Assembly: GCA_003171035.1 (NCBI GenBank)
Contig: PMXR01000109.1
Coordinates: forward strand, 29,019 to 93,018
Length of the DNA: 64,000 nucleotides
Reading direction: 5' to 3'
Source: Chloroflexota bacterium
Lineage (GTDB): Bacteria > Chloroflexota > Limnocylindria > Limnocylindrales > CSP1-4
The position numbers and the translations under genes are program-made. Below are positions 26,939 through 35,733 of this stretch, piece by piece; position 1 is the stretch's first letter; every line of letters begins with the position of its first letter. Under the pieces are notes generated by a model that made no database searches, had not been told where the DNA came from, and was given only the letters and a program-made list of their open reading frames with translations.

Positions 26939-27754
26939 ATGAGCGGTGCGACGAGTGGCGCATCGGGCTCGCCCGCCTCTTCGCCGGCCAAGTACCAGGT
27001 CGCCACCGGTGCCGACAAGCTGATTCTGCAGATTGCCGGCGAGGGCGGGCTAATCAACCCCAGCTTTCAGCTGACCGTGACGCCGCTGCTGGCCTTGTAC
27101 GGTGACGGGCGGGTGATCGTCCGCGGCCCCACGAGCCAGGTGAGCCCCGGCCCGCTGCTGCCGAACCTCCGCCAGAAGCACGTTACGGGAGCCGAAATCC
27201 AGGAGATCATGGCGGCTGCCGATTCGGCCGGCCTGCTGGGCCCGAATGTCAGCTACGACTCCGGCGGCGTCATGGATGCCGGGACGACGACATTCCGGAC
27301 GACGGTCGGTGGCATCACCCACCTCGTCAGCGCCGGAGCACTCGGAGCCGGCGACGGCACAATGGTGTCGCCCGATTCTGCCGCGCGGGCCAAGCTGCTC
27401 CACTTCGAGAACTCGATGAACGATCTGTCGAGGATGCTCGGGCGGACGGTCGCCGACGACGGGGCGTATCAGCCGGCCGGGTTCGACGTCTTCTCGAGCG
27501 AGGCGGCGCAGCCCGACGCCACTCAGCCGGTTGTGACGTGGCCTCTGGCCTCCGACCCAGGCACCGCCGGCAGCACGACTCTCGTTGATGGAGTGCGCTG
27601 CCTGGCGGTCAAGGGCGCGGACCTGGCGGCGTTCGTCGGCGTGGCCCAGACCGCGCCGCTCGGCACCATCTGGAAGGCGCCGAGCGGCGAATACAACGTC
27701 TCGGTCAGGCCGCTGTACCCGGAGGAGTCGGGCTGCGCGGCCGTCGCGGGGTAG
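26939..27754 (+). CDS. hypothetical secreted protein or lipoprotein. The mature part is called here. A signal peptide lies in frame upstream, separated by a TGA codon.
   Basis: An ORF starts at 26939. In the same frame, 26879..26926 encodes MRNLLSLLAVPLIAAG, followed by TGA and then GAAMSGATSGASGSPASS, i.e. the lipobox cysteine position is occupied by a stop codon. Confidence 0.45.
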   Translation: MSGATSGASGSPASSPAKYQVATGADKLILQIAGEGGLINPSFQLTVTPLLALYGDGRVIVRGPTSQVSPGPLLPNLRQKHVTGAEIQEIMAAADSAGLLGPNVSYDSGGVMDAGTTTFRTTVGGITHLVSAGALGAGDGTMVSPDSAARAKLLHFENSMNDLSRMLGRTVADDGAYQPAGFDVFSSEAAQPDATQPVVTWPLASDPGTAGSTTLVDGVRCLAVKGADLAAFVGVAQTAPLGTIWKAPSGEYNVSVRPLYPEESGCAAVAG

Positions 27755-28070
27755 GGAGGCGGCAGCGCGCTTTCTGCCCTGATGTCACCCCGGGTGACGC
27801 AATCGGGGCACGTGGCTCGATTCATACCCGAATGTCACCCGCGGTGACCGTAACCGGCAACCGCTTGGTCCCAGGCGGCTACTCACGCTACTGGAGCGCT
27901 CGGGCCGAGCGTGGATTGGCCGATTCGGGACGTCTCACTGGCGCATCGGTCGGGGATTCTCCGGTTAGCGTCACCCCGGGTGGAATCTGCCAACGATACG
28001 GGTGGGCGGTGCGCCGAGCTGGGCGGTGCGCCGAGCGCGATGCCCGTTCGGCCGCTAGCCTGATCGGGCC

Positions 28071-28880
28071 ATGATCGATCTCTTCTTCAAGATCATCCTG
28101 CCGGTGCTGATGATCGGCATCGTTACCGTCGCGGCCCACCGCTGGGGCCCGGCGGTCGGTGGCGTGCTGGGCGCCGTCCCGTCCAAGGGCGGCCCGATCC
28201 TGTTGTTCCTCGCGGTCGAGCAGGGGCAGCAGTTTGCGGCGACGTCGGCCGTGACCGCGCTCGGCGGCGCGGCGGGCTGCGGCGTCTTCTGCCTCGTCTA
28301 CGCTCGCATCTGCCACCGCATGAACTGGCCGGCCGCCGGGCTCATTTCGTACGGCGCGTTCCTGGTCGTCTGGGCGGCGATGGTCCCGATGGAGAGCTGG
28401 GGTCTGCTGCCCTCTTTCGCGGCCGCGGTGGTGATCTTGATCCTATCGCGCCGGCTGCTGCCCGTGGCGCCGCCGACGCCGAAACGCGCGATGACCCGCT
28501 CCGATTTGCCCGTGAGGATGGGCGCCGGCGCGGCGATGGTCGTCTTCGTCACGACCACCGGCCCCAACTTCGGGGCCACGATCAGCGGCATGCTGACCAC
28601 GATCCCCACCATTTCCGCGGTGATGGCGATCTTCACCCACGCCCAGGAGGGGCCGGATCGCACGGTCGGCATCATGCGCGGCATGACCCACGGGCTGCTT
28701 GGGTTCGCCGCGTTCCTGGCCACGGTCGGCGCCACGCTGGTTCAGCTCGGGATCGTCGCCTCGTTTAGTCTGGCTCTAGCGGTGGTTGTGGTCGTCCAGG
28801 CCGTCGAGCTGCGGTCGGCCTTCAAACTGCACGACGAGACCGGCACAATCGACGACGTGCTACTCGAAGTCGCGGACTGA
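28071..28880 (+). CDS. hypothetical polytopic membrane protein
   Basis: 269 aa with about 7 hydrophobic helices. Confidence 0.45.
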   Translation: MIDLFFKIILPVLMIGIVTVAAHRWGPAVGGVLGAVPSKGGPILLFLAVEQGQQFAATSAVTALGGAAGCGVFCLVYARICHRMNWPAAGLISYGAFLVVWAAMVPMESWGLLPSFAAAVVILILSRRLLPVAPPTPKRAMTRSDLPVRMGAGAAMVVFVTTTGPNFGATISGMLTTIPTISAVMAIFTHAQEGPDRTVGIMRGMTHGLLGFAAFLATVGATLVQLGIVASFSLALAVVVVVQAVELRSAFKLHDETGTIDDVLLEVAD

Positions 28881-28980
28881 GCCCGGCGCCCGAACCGCCT
28901 CGCGAGCCGCCCCAGCCGCCGCCCGGAAAGCCCGCGCCGCCGACTGAGCGGCACTTGACACGACATGCATACTGGTACGC

Positions 28981-29826
28981 ATGTCTGACCAGCCACTAGT
29001 CGCGACCGCGCGAAAGTCCATCCTCGCGGCCGCGCGACGCCAGACCGCCGCGGACCCGGCCGGCCTCTCCATCCAGGCCGTGGCGGCTGAGGCGGGCGTC
29101 TCCAGACAGACCGTCCATCACTATTTCGGCGGCGCGAAGGGGCTTCGGGCCGCGCTTGCCGCCGAGGGGCTGGCGGTCGACACTACCGCGGACGAACCCA
29201 CTCGCGATCGGCTGGTCGAGGCGGCGATCCGGCTCATGTCGCGACCGGGCGGCGACCTCGCTTCGATAGAGGCGATAGCCGCCGAAGCCGGCATGACCAA
29301 GGGCGCGGTCTATCACCACTTCGCTGACCGGGCCGAGTTGCTCCGAGCCGTGGCCCGGCGCGTCTCCCCCGTCGATGAAATGCGGGCGCAGATCGGACCC
29401 AGCACCGATCTGCCGGCCCGCGACGGCCTGATCGTCATCGCCCGCGCCTACTACAGTGCCATGCGATCCCGGGCGGACATCATTCGGAACCTGGCCGCCA
29501 ATTCGTCGCGCGATCCGGAACTGGCCGGAGTGGTGATGAGCGAGATCATCGGCCAGGGCGCGCCGCTACTGCTGGGTTGGTTCGCGCTGCAGGTGAGCCG
29601 CGGGAGGCTGCGCCCGGTCGATCCGACGCTGGTGATCCAGGCCCTTTTTGGGCCCGTCTTCTTGCTCGTAACGCTCGGGCCGGCCGTCTTCGACGAGATC
29701 GCCCGAGCGGGCATTCATCCGGCCATCGACAACGTCGAGGCCTACGTGGACCTCCTCTTGAGAGGTATCGCGCCGGCCGAAGGCGACAACGACAGCAGCG
29801 TCGGCTCAGGCGCAGGAGGTTCGTAA
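28981..29826 (+). CDS. TetR/AcrR family transcriptional regulator (two tandem TetR-type HTH segments)
   Basis: Two HTH segments: LSIQAVAAEAGVSRQTVHHYF and SIEAIAAEAGMTKGAVYHHF. Lies upstream of the ABC exporter genes. Confidence 0.6.
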   Translation: MSDQPLVATARKSILAAARRQTAADPAGLSIQAVAAEAGVSRQTVHHYFGGAKGLRAALAAEGLAVDTTADEPTRDRLVEAAIRLMSRPGGDLASIEAIAAEAGMTKGAVYHHFADRAELLRAVARRVSPVDEMRAQIGPSTDLPARDGLIVIARAYYSAMRSRADIIRNLAANSSRDPELAGVVMSEIIGQGAPLLLGWFALQVSRGRLRPVDPTLVIQALFGPVFLLVTLGPAVFDEIARAGIHPAIDNVEAYVDLLLRGIAPAEGDNDSSVGSGAGGS

Positions 29827-30642
29827 ATGGTCATCGCCGCCACCATGCCCCCGACGCCGGCGGTTGAAGCCGTCGCTCTACGCAAGGACTTCGGATCGAT
29901 CCACGCTGTAGACGGCATCGACCTGTCGCTGCCGCCCGGCCGGATCTACGGCCTGCTTGGGCCCAACGGTTCCGGCAAGACGACCCTGATCAGGCTGCTG
30001 ACCGGCCTCGCTTCGGCGACCAGCGGCACCGTCCGGGTCATGGGCGTGGCGATGCCGTCGCGCTCCAACCTGGCCCGCGTCGGATACATGACCCAGGCCG
30101 ACGGCATCTACCCCGAGTTGTCCGTCTGGGAGAACCTGAGGTTCTTCGCCGCGCTCTACGGCCAGACCGACCGGGCCCGGATCCTCGAAACCTTGGCACT
30201 GGTCGAGCTGGCCGACCGGCTCGATACGCCGGCGCAGAACCTCTCGGGCGGTATGAGGCGGCGGCTGTCGATGGCCTGCGCGCTGGTCCACCGGCCGGCG
30301 GTGATCTTCCTGGACGAGCCGACCGTCGGCGTTGACCCGGCCTTGCGAGTCCAGTTTTGGGACCACTTCCACAGACTCGCCGCGGACGGAGCCACTCTCC
30401 TTGTTTCGAGCCACGTGATGGACGAGGCGGATCGCTGCGACGAACTGCTGTTCATTCGCGACGGGCGCGTTCTCGCGCGCGGAACCACAGCCGAACTACG
30501 CACGCGAGCCGGCACCGACAACCTCGAGACGGCATTCCTTTACTACGCCGGTCAGCCCGCGCCGGGTGCGGGCGCGGGTGCGGGTGCGGGCGCGAGCTCG
30601 AGCGCGGCCGCGAGCGACAGCTCGAAGGGAGCCGCCCGATGA
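29827..30642 (+). CDS. ABC transporter ATP-binding protein
   Basis: Walker A (GPNGSGKTT), ABC signature (LSGGMRRRL) and Walker B (IFLDEP). Confidence 0.8.
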   Translation: MVIAATMPPTPAVEAVALRKDFGSIHAVDGIDLSLPPGRIYGLLGPNGSGKTTLIRLLTGLASATSGTVRVMGVAMPSRSNLARVGYMTQADGIYPELSVWENLRFFAALYGQTDRARILETLALVELADRLDTPAQNLSGGMRRRLSMACALVHRPAVIFLDEPTVGVDPALRVQFWDHFHRLAADGATLLVSSHVMDEADRCDELLFIRDGRVLARGTTAELRTRAGTDNLETAFLYYAGQPAPGAGAGAGAGASSSAAASDSSKGAAR

Positions 30643-31790
30643 ACCTCCACAGGGTCGCCGCCGTCTTCATCCGCATCGTCTCCCAGTTCCGCCACGACAG
30701 GCGGACCCTCGCTCTCCTTTTCCTCGCCCCAATCGCGATCATCGCTCTGCTGGGCTGGGTTTTGAGCAGTTCCGGCGCTACCACCGTGCGCGTCGCCGTC
30801 ATCAACGAATCGGGCAATCCCGCCGGCGACGTGGTCGTGCAGAAGCTGACGAACGCCCTGGCCGGCCAGCCCAAGATCCAGATCGACGGCGCCGTTCATG
30901 ACTCCGTCACGGCCCGCCAGGCGCTGATCGACAAGAAGCTCGATCTGGTCATCGCCCTGCCGGCAAGCTTCAGCGTCCAGAACCGCGTCATAGACCTCGA
31001 AACGCTGGGGCTCAATCCGACCGGCGAGGCGGCGGTGATCCCGGCGATCTCGCAGGCGCTCGTGGGAGTCCTGATTCAGGACGCCGGCGGCGCCCTGCCC
31101 ACGATCGAACGCTCGAGCGTCTACGGCTCGCCCGATGCCACACAACTCGACACCCTCGCCCCGGTGGTGGTCGGATTCTTCGTCTACTTCTTCGTCTTCA
31201 TCCTGACCGGCGTCAGCTTCCTGCGCGAGCGGATGGGCGGGACTCTCGAACGACTCATGGCCACACCGGTCAGCCGGGCCGAGATCGTCCTCGGTTACAG
31301 CCTCGGCTTCGGCTTCTTCGCCACGCTGCAGATCGCGCTGGTGCTGGCCTTCGTCATCGGCCGACTCAGCGTCCCGGAGCTTGGGCCGATGCCGGCGTTT
31401 GCCATCGGGTTGGGCGTCAGGACGGTCGGCAACCCGCTGATCGCCTACCTGATCGTTCTGATGCTCGGCATCGGAGCCGTATCGTTGGGCATCTTCATTT
31501 CGACGTTCGCCCGGTCGGAGTTCCAGATCCTGCAGTTCATACCGATCGTGATCGTGCCCCAGGGCCTGCTGGGCGGCTTCTTCTGGCCGATCGACCAGCT
31601 GCCGAGCCTGCTCCAGCCGGTCGCCCGGATCCTGCCGGTGACATACGCGATCGACGGTTTGCGCCAGGTGATGATCGCCGGGGCCGATCTGACCTCGCCG
31701 CAGGTCCTGCTCGACCTCGGAGTACTGGCCGGGATAGCGGCGGTCTTCGTGGTCCTCGCCGCGGCCACGATCAGACGCGAGGTGGCGTAG
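30639..31790 (+). CDS. ABC-2 family transporter permease
   Basis: Six-helix ABC-2 permease topology. ATGA overlap with the upstream ATPase stop. Confidence 0.7.
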   Translation: MNLHRVAAVFIRIVSQFRHDRRTLALLFLAPIAIIALLGWVLSSSGATTVRVAVINESGNPAGDVVVQKLTNALAGQPKIQIDGAVHDSVTARQALIDKKLDLVIALPASFSVQNRVIDLETLGLNPTGEAAVIPAISQALVGVLIQDAGGALPTIERSSVYGSPDATQLDTLAPVVVGFFVYFFVFILTGVSFLRERMGGTLERLMATPVSRAEIVLGYSLGFGFFATLQIALVLAFVIGRLSVPELGPMPAFAIGLGVRTVGNPLIAYLIVLMLGIGAVSLGIFISTFARSEFQILQFIPIVIVPQGLLGGFFWPIDQLPSLLQPVARILPVTYAIDGLRQVMIAGADLTSPQVLLDLGVLAGIAAVFVVLAAATIRREVA

Positions 31791-31799
31791 CCGCGGCCG

Positions 31800-33245
31800 C
31801 TATGCCGGGATCCGGGCCCGGGCGCTCCGCAGGCGGTTGCGGAGCCCGTGGCGGCGCGGGCCCGCGATCATCAGCGCCGTGGTCCAGGCCAGCACCGAAA
31901 CCATGGCGATGCCGTAGACCGGCCAGTAGTTGCCGATCCGGTCGTACATCAGGCCGCCCGCGTTCATGACGATGACGCCGCCGGCCGGGTAAGCCATGGC
32001 GGTGACGCCGAAGATCGCCCCAAAGTTGTGGCCGCCGAAGACGTCCGAGAATGCGGCCGATCGAATGGCGATGGTCGCGCCGATGCCGAAGCCGTATATG
32101 GCGTTCCCGGCCACGGCAAGCGCCAGCAGCGAGCCGGTCGCGGCGAAGATCGCGGTCGCACCCACGGCCATCAAGGCCGCGCAAATGAGCCCGACATAAC
32201 GCCGCCCGAATCGGTCCGATAGACCGCCGCCCACGACCTGACCGGCGACGTACGCGTACGACTGGACGGCCAGCAACGTCGCCGCGAACCCGACGTCGAT
32301 GCCCTGCGAGACGGCGTGCCGCGACGACATCTGGAAGATGCCCTCGTCGATGCAGCCGATGCCGATCGCACCGACCAGCAGGATCAGGAAGCGGCGAGTC
32401 CGGATTGAGCGGCGCAACGCCTCGGTCCGCGTCCGACTCCCCGCCGGCAGCAGCTCTCGGGACGCGCCGATGGAGCCCGGGGCCGAGGTTTCGTGAAGCC
32501 CGGTTGCCGACGGCGATGCCGGAGCGCCGGCCGCGCGAGAGGTTGCCGCAGCCTGGGTCTGAGCCGTCGTCGGGGGCAGAGCCGCCGTCGGGGGCAGAGC
32601 CGCCGAGCCCGTGCCCGCATCCGCGACCGCCTTCTTGGCCTTCGCCTCGGCCGCGAACAGGACCGGCGGTCCCATGGTCATGATCCAGACGAACGGCACC
32701 GCTATCAACGAGATGACGCCGAATGCGCCGGCCGTCGAACGCCAGCCGATCTCGGGTATCAGGCCCGCGGCGAGCGGCAGCGCCAGAGCCACTCCGATGC
32801 CCGGTCCCGCATAGGCCACGCCCAGGGCCAGCCCTGCGGCCCCGGCATAGCGGCGGGCCATGGCCGTGGTCGTGCCGACGAAGACGAGCTGGATCCCGAT
32901 CGCGAGAAGTGCCCCGTACGCGGCCATGAGGAATACCACGCCGGTCGCGACCGATGCCACGAACCAGCCGGCGGCGAGCAGCACCGCCCCGAGGAGCAGC
33001 AGGACCCGATCGGCCACGATGTCGAATGCGCGCCCAAGGACCGGCGAACAGAGCGCCGACACGACCAGGAACATCGTCCACGGCATCTGGCCGAGCTCAC
33101 GCGAAGTGTGGAAGGCGCCCTCGAATTGCGGCGCCAGCAGCGGGTAGCAGTACAGCGGCGCATACGCCACCGCGCCGACCACGAACGCGGCCAGGACCGG
33201 GACCGTACGGCGAAGGCCGGCACGGGAGATCGACAGCTTGGGCAC
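31800..33245 (-). CDS. MFS transporter (with a long Ala/Pro-rich central loop)
   Basis: 481 aa with two six-helix bundles separated by a low-complexity loop. Confidence 0.6.
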   Translation of the reverse strand: MPKLSISRAGLRRTVPVLAAFVVGAVAYAPLYCYPLLAPQFEGAFHTSRELGQMPWTMFLVVSALCSPVLGRAFDIVADRVLLLLGAVLLAAGWFVASVATGVVFLMAAYGALLAIGIQLVFVGTTTAMARRYAGAAGLALGVAYAGPGIGVALALPLAAGLIPEIGWRSTAGAFGVISLIAVPFVWIMTMGPPVLFAAEAKAKKAVADAGTGSAALPPTAALPPTTAQTQAAATSRAAGAPASPSATGLHETSAPGSIGASRELLPAGSRTRTEALRRSIRTRRFLILLVGAIGIGCIDEGIFQMSSRHAVSQGIDVGFAATLLAVQSYAYVAGQVVGGGLSDRFGRRYVGLICAALMAVGATAIFAATGSLLALAVAGNAIYGFGIGATIAIRSAAFSDVFGGHNFGAIFGVTAMAYPAGGVIVMNAGGLMYDRIGNYWPVYGIAMVSVLAWTTALMIAGPRRHGLRNRLRSARARIPA

Positions 33246-33281
33246 GTGCCAATCGTAGGCCCTGCCAAGTCGGAACGGAAC

Positions 33282-34175
33282 TTACTCCTCCGCTCGGTGG
33301 CGGACCGGCCGGATAGAGGCGACCCACTGCCCCGTCAGCATCCGGCGCAGGAACCAGCCCGCGCCCAGGAACACCGCCAGGACGATCAGCAGCTGGAAGC
33401 CGCGGATCATCCGCTCGATGGCGATGGTCTGGCTCACGCTGAAGCCCTTGGTTTGTGAGTTGTTCGCAGCGGGATTAGCAGATGCGCTTGCGGCCGGCAA
33501 CGCGCTCGGCGTGGGGCTCGGCGTGGGGCTCGATGCCGGCGTGGGGCTCGGGGCCGGAGTGGGCGTGGCCACGTACTGACCCACGACCGCGCTCCCCATG
33601 AACGACAGCGAGAGGCACGAGTCCGGCTGATCGGTGACGGGGACGTTGCAGTCCGGCGGTGGCGGATGGGCGATGTCGCGGACCAGTCCGACGACAAGCC
33701 AGCCGCAGACCACAATTACGATCAGCGGGATCGCGATCCGCAGAATGTCGCCCCGCAACTCGAGGCTCATACCCGACCTTACGCTGGTGACCGTGCCCTG
33801 GTCGTCGACGGCAAGGTGCTGCAGCTCGTCGCCGCCGGTCATGATCAGGAATGCCCACCACAGCGAGTAGAGGCCGGGCACGACCAGCGCCACTTTCAGG
33901 CCCCATGAACCGGTCCCGAATAGCTGGCTGACCAAGACGGCAACTACGGCAAGAACCACGACGACCCTTAGGTGCAAGCCGTGGTTGACCGCATTGCTGC
34001 GAACCAGAGTCGCCTCGAACTCGCCCTGACTCTTCAGGGTGGCACGGACCTCTCTGGTCTCGTCGAAGACGGCCCGCTCGAGCAGAGCCTTGCGCTCGTC
34101 CACGGTGAGGGGTGTGCCGGGATGTAACCCCTTGTCCGAATCTCGATCGTCGGCCATCGCTGGTTCCTGCTTCAT
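33282..34175 (-). CDS. hypothetical membrane protein with a Pro/Ser/Thr-rich extracytoplasmic segment
   Basis: Hydrophobic helices plus a PTPAPSPTPASSPTPSPTP linker. The internal ATG at 34175 was chosen because the ORF's N-terminus is Arg-rich. Confidence 0.3.
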   Translation of the reverse strand: MKQEPAMADDRDSDKGLHPGTPLTVDERKALLERAVFDETREVRATLKSQGEFEATLVRSNAVNHGLHLRVVVVLAVVAVLVSQLFGTGSWGLKVALVVPGLYSLWWAFLIMTGGDELQHLAVDDQGTVTSVRSGMSLELRGDILRIAIPLIVIVVCGWLVVGLVRDIAHPPPPDCNVPVTDQPDSCLSLSFMGSAVVGQYVATPTPAPSPTPASSPTPSPTPSALPAASASANPAANNSQTKGFSVSQTIAIERMIRGFQLLIVLAVFLGAGWFLRRMLTGQWVASIRPVRHRAEE

Positions 34176-34248
34176 GCGCCGGCAAGCCGCCGTGCGCCGA
34201 GAATCGGCGAGGCGCCCGTCAGGGCGCCTCGCTGTTTGCGATCGGCCG

Positions 34249-34899
34249 TCAGGCCTCGGGCTTGGCGTCGGCCACCGGAGCAGCCTCCTCAACGCCCTCG
34301 ACAGGAGCCTCGACCGCGGCGACTTCCTCGACCTTCGGCGGAGCCACCTTGGCCACGACCTCGTCGGCGTCCGACAGGAGGGTCACTCCCTCGGGCAGCG
34401 GCAGGTCGCGGAGGTGGATTGCCGTATCGAAGTCCAGGATGGATTCGACCGAGTACTCGAGCGACTCGGGCAGGTTCTCCGGCAGGGCACGAACCCGGAT
34501 GTGGTCGATGTTGTGCAGGAGCGTTCCGCCGAGGCGGACGACGGCGAAAGACTCGCCCGTCGAATGGAGCGGGACCTCGACCGTAACTTCCTCGCCCGAC
34601 TTGAGCTCGAAGAGATCGACATGGAGCAGGTGCCGATACCGCGGGTCGATCTGGATCCCGTGGATCAGGACGCGGTGCATGTCCTTGCCGTCGATCTTGA
34701 GTTCGACGATGGTGTTGGAGTGGACGGTTCGACGGATGTGGTCGAACTCGTGCGCGTCCAACGAGATCGGGATCGAATCGATGCCGTGACCGAAAACGAC
34801 CGCCGGGACGCGACCGGCCTTGCGGAGCAGAGATACGTGCTTGCCGATCTCAGTCCGGCGGGTCGCCGCTAGAGTTGTTGTCGCTGACTTCGCTGACAC
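34249..34899 (-). CDS. rplY: 50S ribosomal protein L25 / general stress protein Ctc
   Basis: ...RRTEIGKHVSLLRKAGRVPAVVFGHGIDSIPISLDAHEF is the L25 N-terminal beta-barrel signature. GTG start at 34899 with a GAGAGG ribosome-binding site. Confidence 0.75.
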   Translation of the reverse strand: MSAKSATTTLAATRRTEIGKHVSLLRKAGRVPAVVFGHGIDSIPISLDAHEFDHIRRTVHSNTIVELKIDGKDMHRVLIHGIQIDPRYRHLLHVDLFELKSGEEVTVEVPLHSTGESFAVVRLGGTLLHNIDHIRVRALPENLPESLEYSVESILDFDTAIHLRDLPLPEGVTLLSDADEVVAKVAPPKVEEVAAVEAPVEGVEEAAPVADAKPEA

Positions 34900-34985
34900 G
34901 TTGTTGGAACCTCTCTGACGGGTCCATCGAGCGCACTGGCCGGATTCGGCGGCGCTGCGGCATGTGAGCCTACCACGCAAGGGCC

Positions 34986-35732
34986 TTGCCGGTAGGCGGC
35001 AGCAAAGCGACCGACGGGTGTAGGATCGCCCACGTGGCCGCCACGATCCTGATCGTCGAGGACGAATACGCCGTCGCCAGGGGAATCCAGTACGCCCTCC
35101 AACAGGAGGGCTATCAGGTTGCGGTCACGCGCTCGGGCGAGGAGGGCCTCGAATTCGCCCTTCGCGAGGGACCCGATCTCATCGTTCTGGACGTCCGGCT
35201 GCCGGGCATCGACGGCTTCGAAGTCCTGCGGCGGCTGCGCACGGGCGGCTCCAAGGCCCCGGTCCTGATCCTGACCGCGCGCGATGAGGAGATGGACAAG
35301 GTCATCGGGCTGGAACTCGGCGCGGACGACTACATGACCAAGCCGTTCGGGCTGCGCGAGCTGATGAGCCGGATCAAGGCGTTGCTGCGCAGGGCCTACG
35401 GCGACCTCTCCGACGCGGGCGGTGGGCGGCTGCTGCGCCACGGCGATCTGCTGATCGATCTCGAACGGCGGCGCGTCCAGCGCGGCGACCGGCGCATCGC
35501 CCTCACCGCCACCGAGTTCGAGATCCTGCGCCACCTCGCCAGCAAGCCGGGCCGTGTCTACTCGCGCCGCGAGCTGCTGGAGTTGATCCGCGACTACGAG
35601 GCCCTGGACCAGGACGAGAAGACGATCAACGTCCACGTCAGCCACCTGCGAGAGAAGCTCGAGGACGATCCCTCGAGCCCGCGGTTCGTGCTGACCGTCC
35701 GAGGCGCCGGGTACGCCTTCGCGGAGCGCTGA
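34986..35732 (+). CDS. OmpR-family response regulator (MprA/CseB-like)
   Basis: Receiver domain (ILIVEDEYAVARGI...LIVLDVRLPGIDGFEVLRRLR...VLILTARDEEMDKV) plus a winged-helix output domain. The start may be at the internal GTG near 35033. Confidence 0.8.
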   Translation: MPVGGSKATDGCRIAHVAATILIVEDEYAVARGIQYALQQEGYQVAVTRSGEEGLEFALREGPDLIVLDVRLPGIDGFEVLRRLRTGGSKAPVLILTARDEEMDKVIGLELGADDYMTKPFGLRELMSRIKALLRRAYGDLSDAGGGRLLRHGDLLIDLERRRVQRGDRRIALTATEFEILRHLASKPGRVYSRRELLELIRDYEALDQDEKTINVHVSHLREKLEDDPSSPRFVLTVRGAGYAFAER

Positions 35733-35733
35733 A

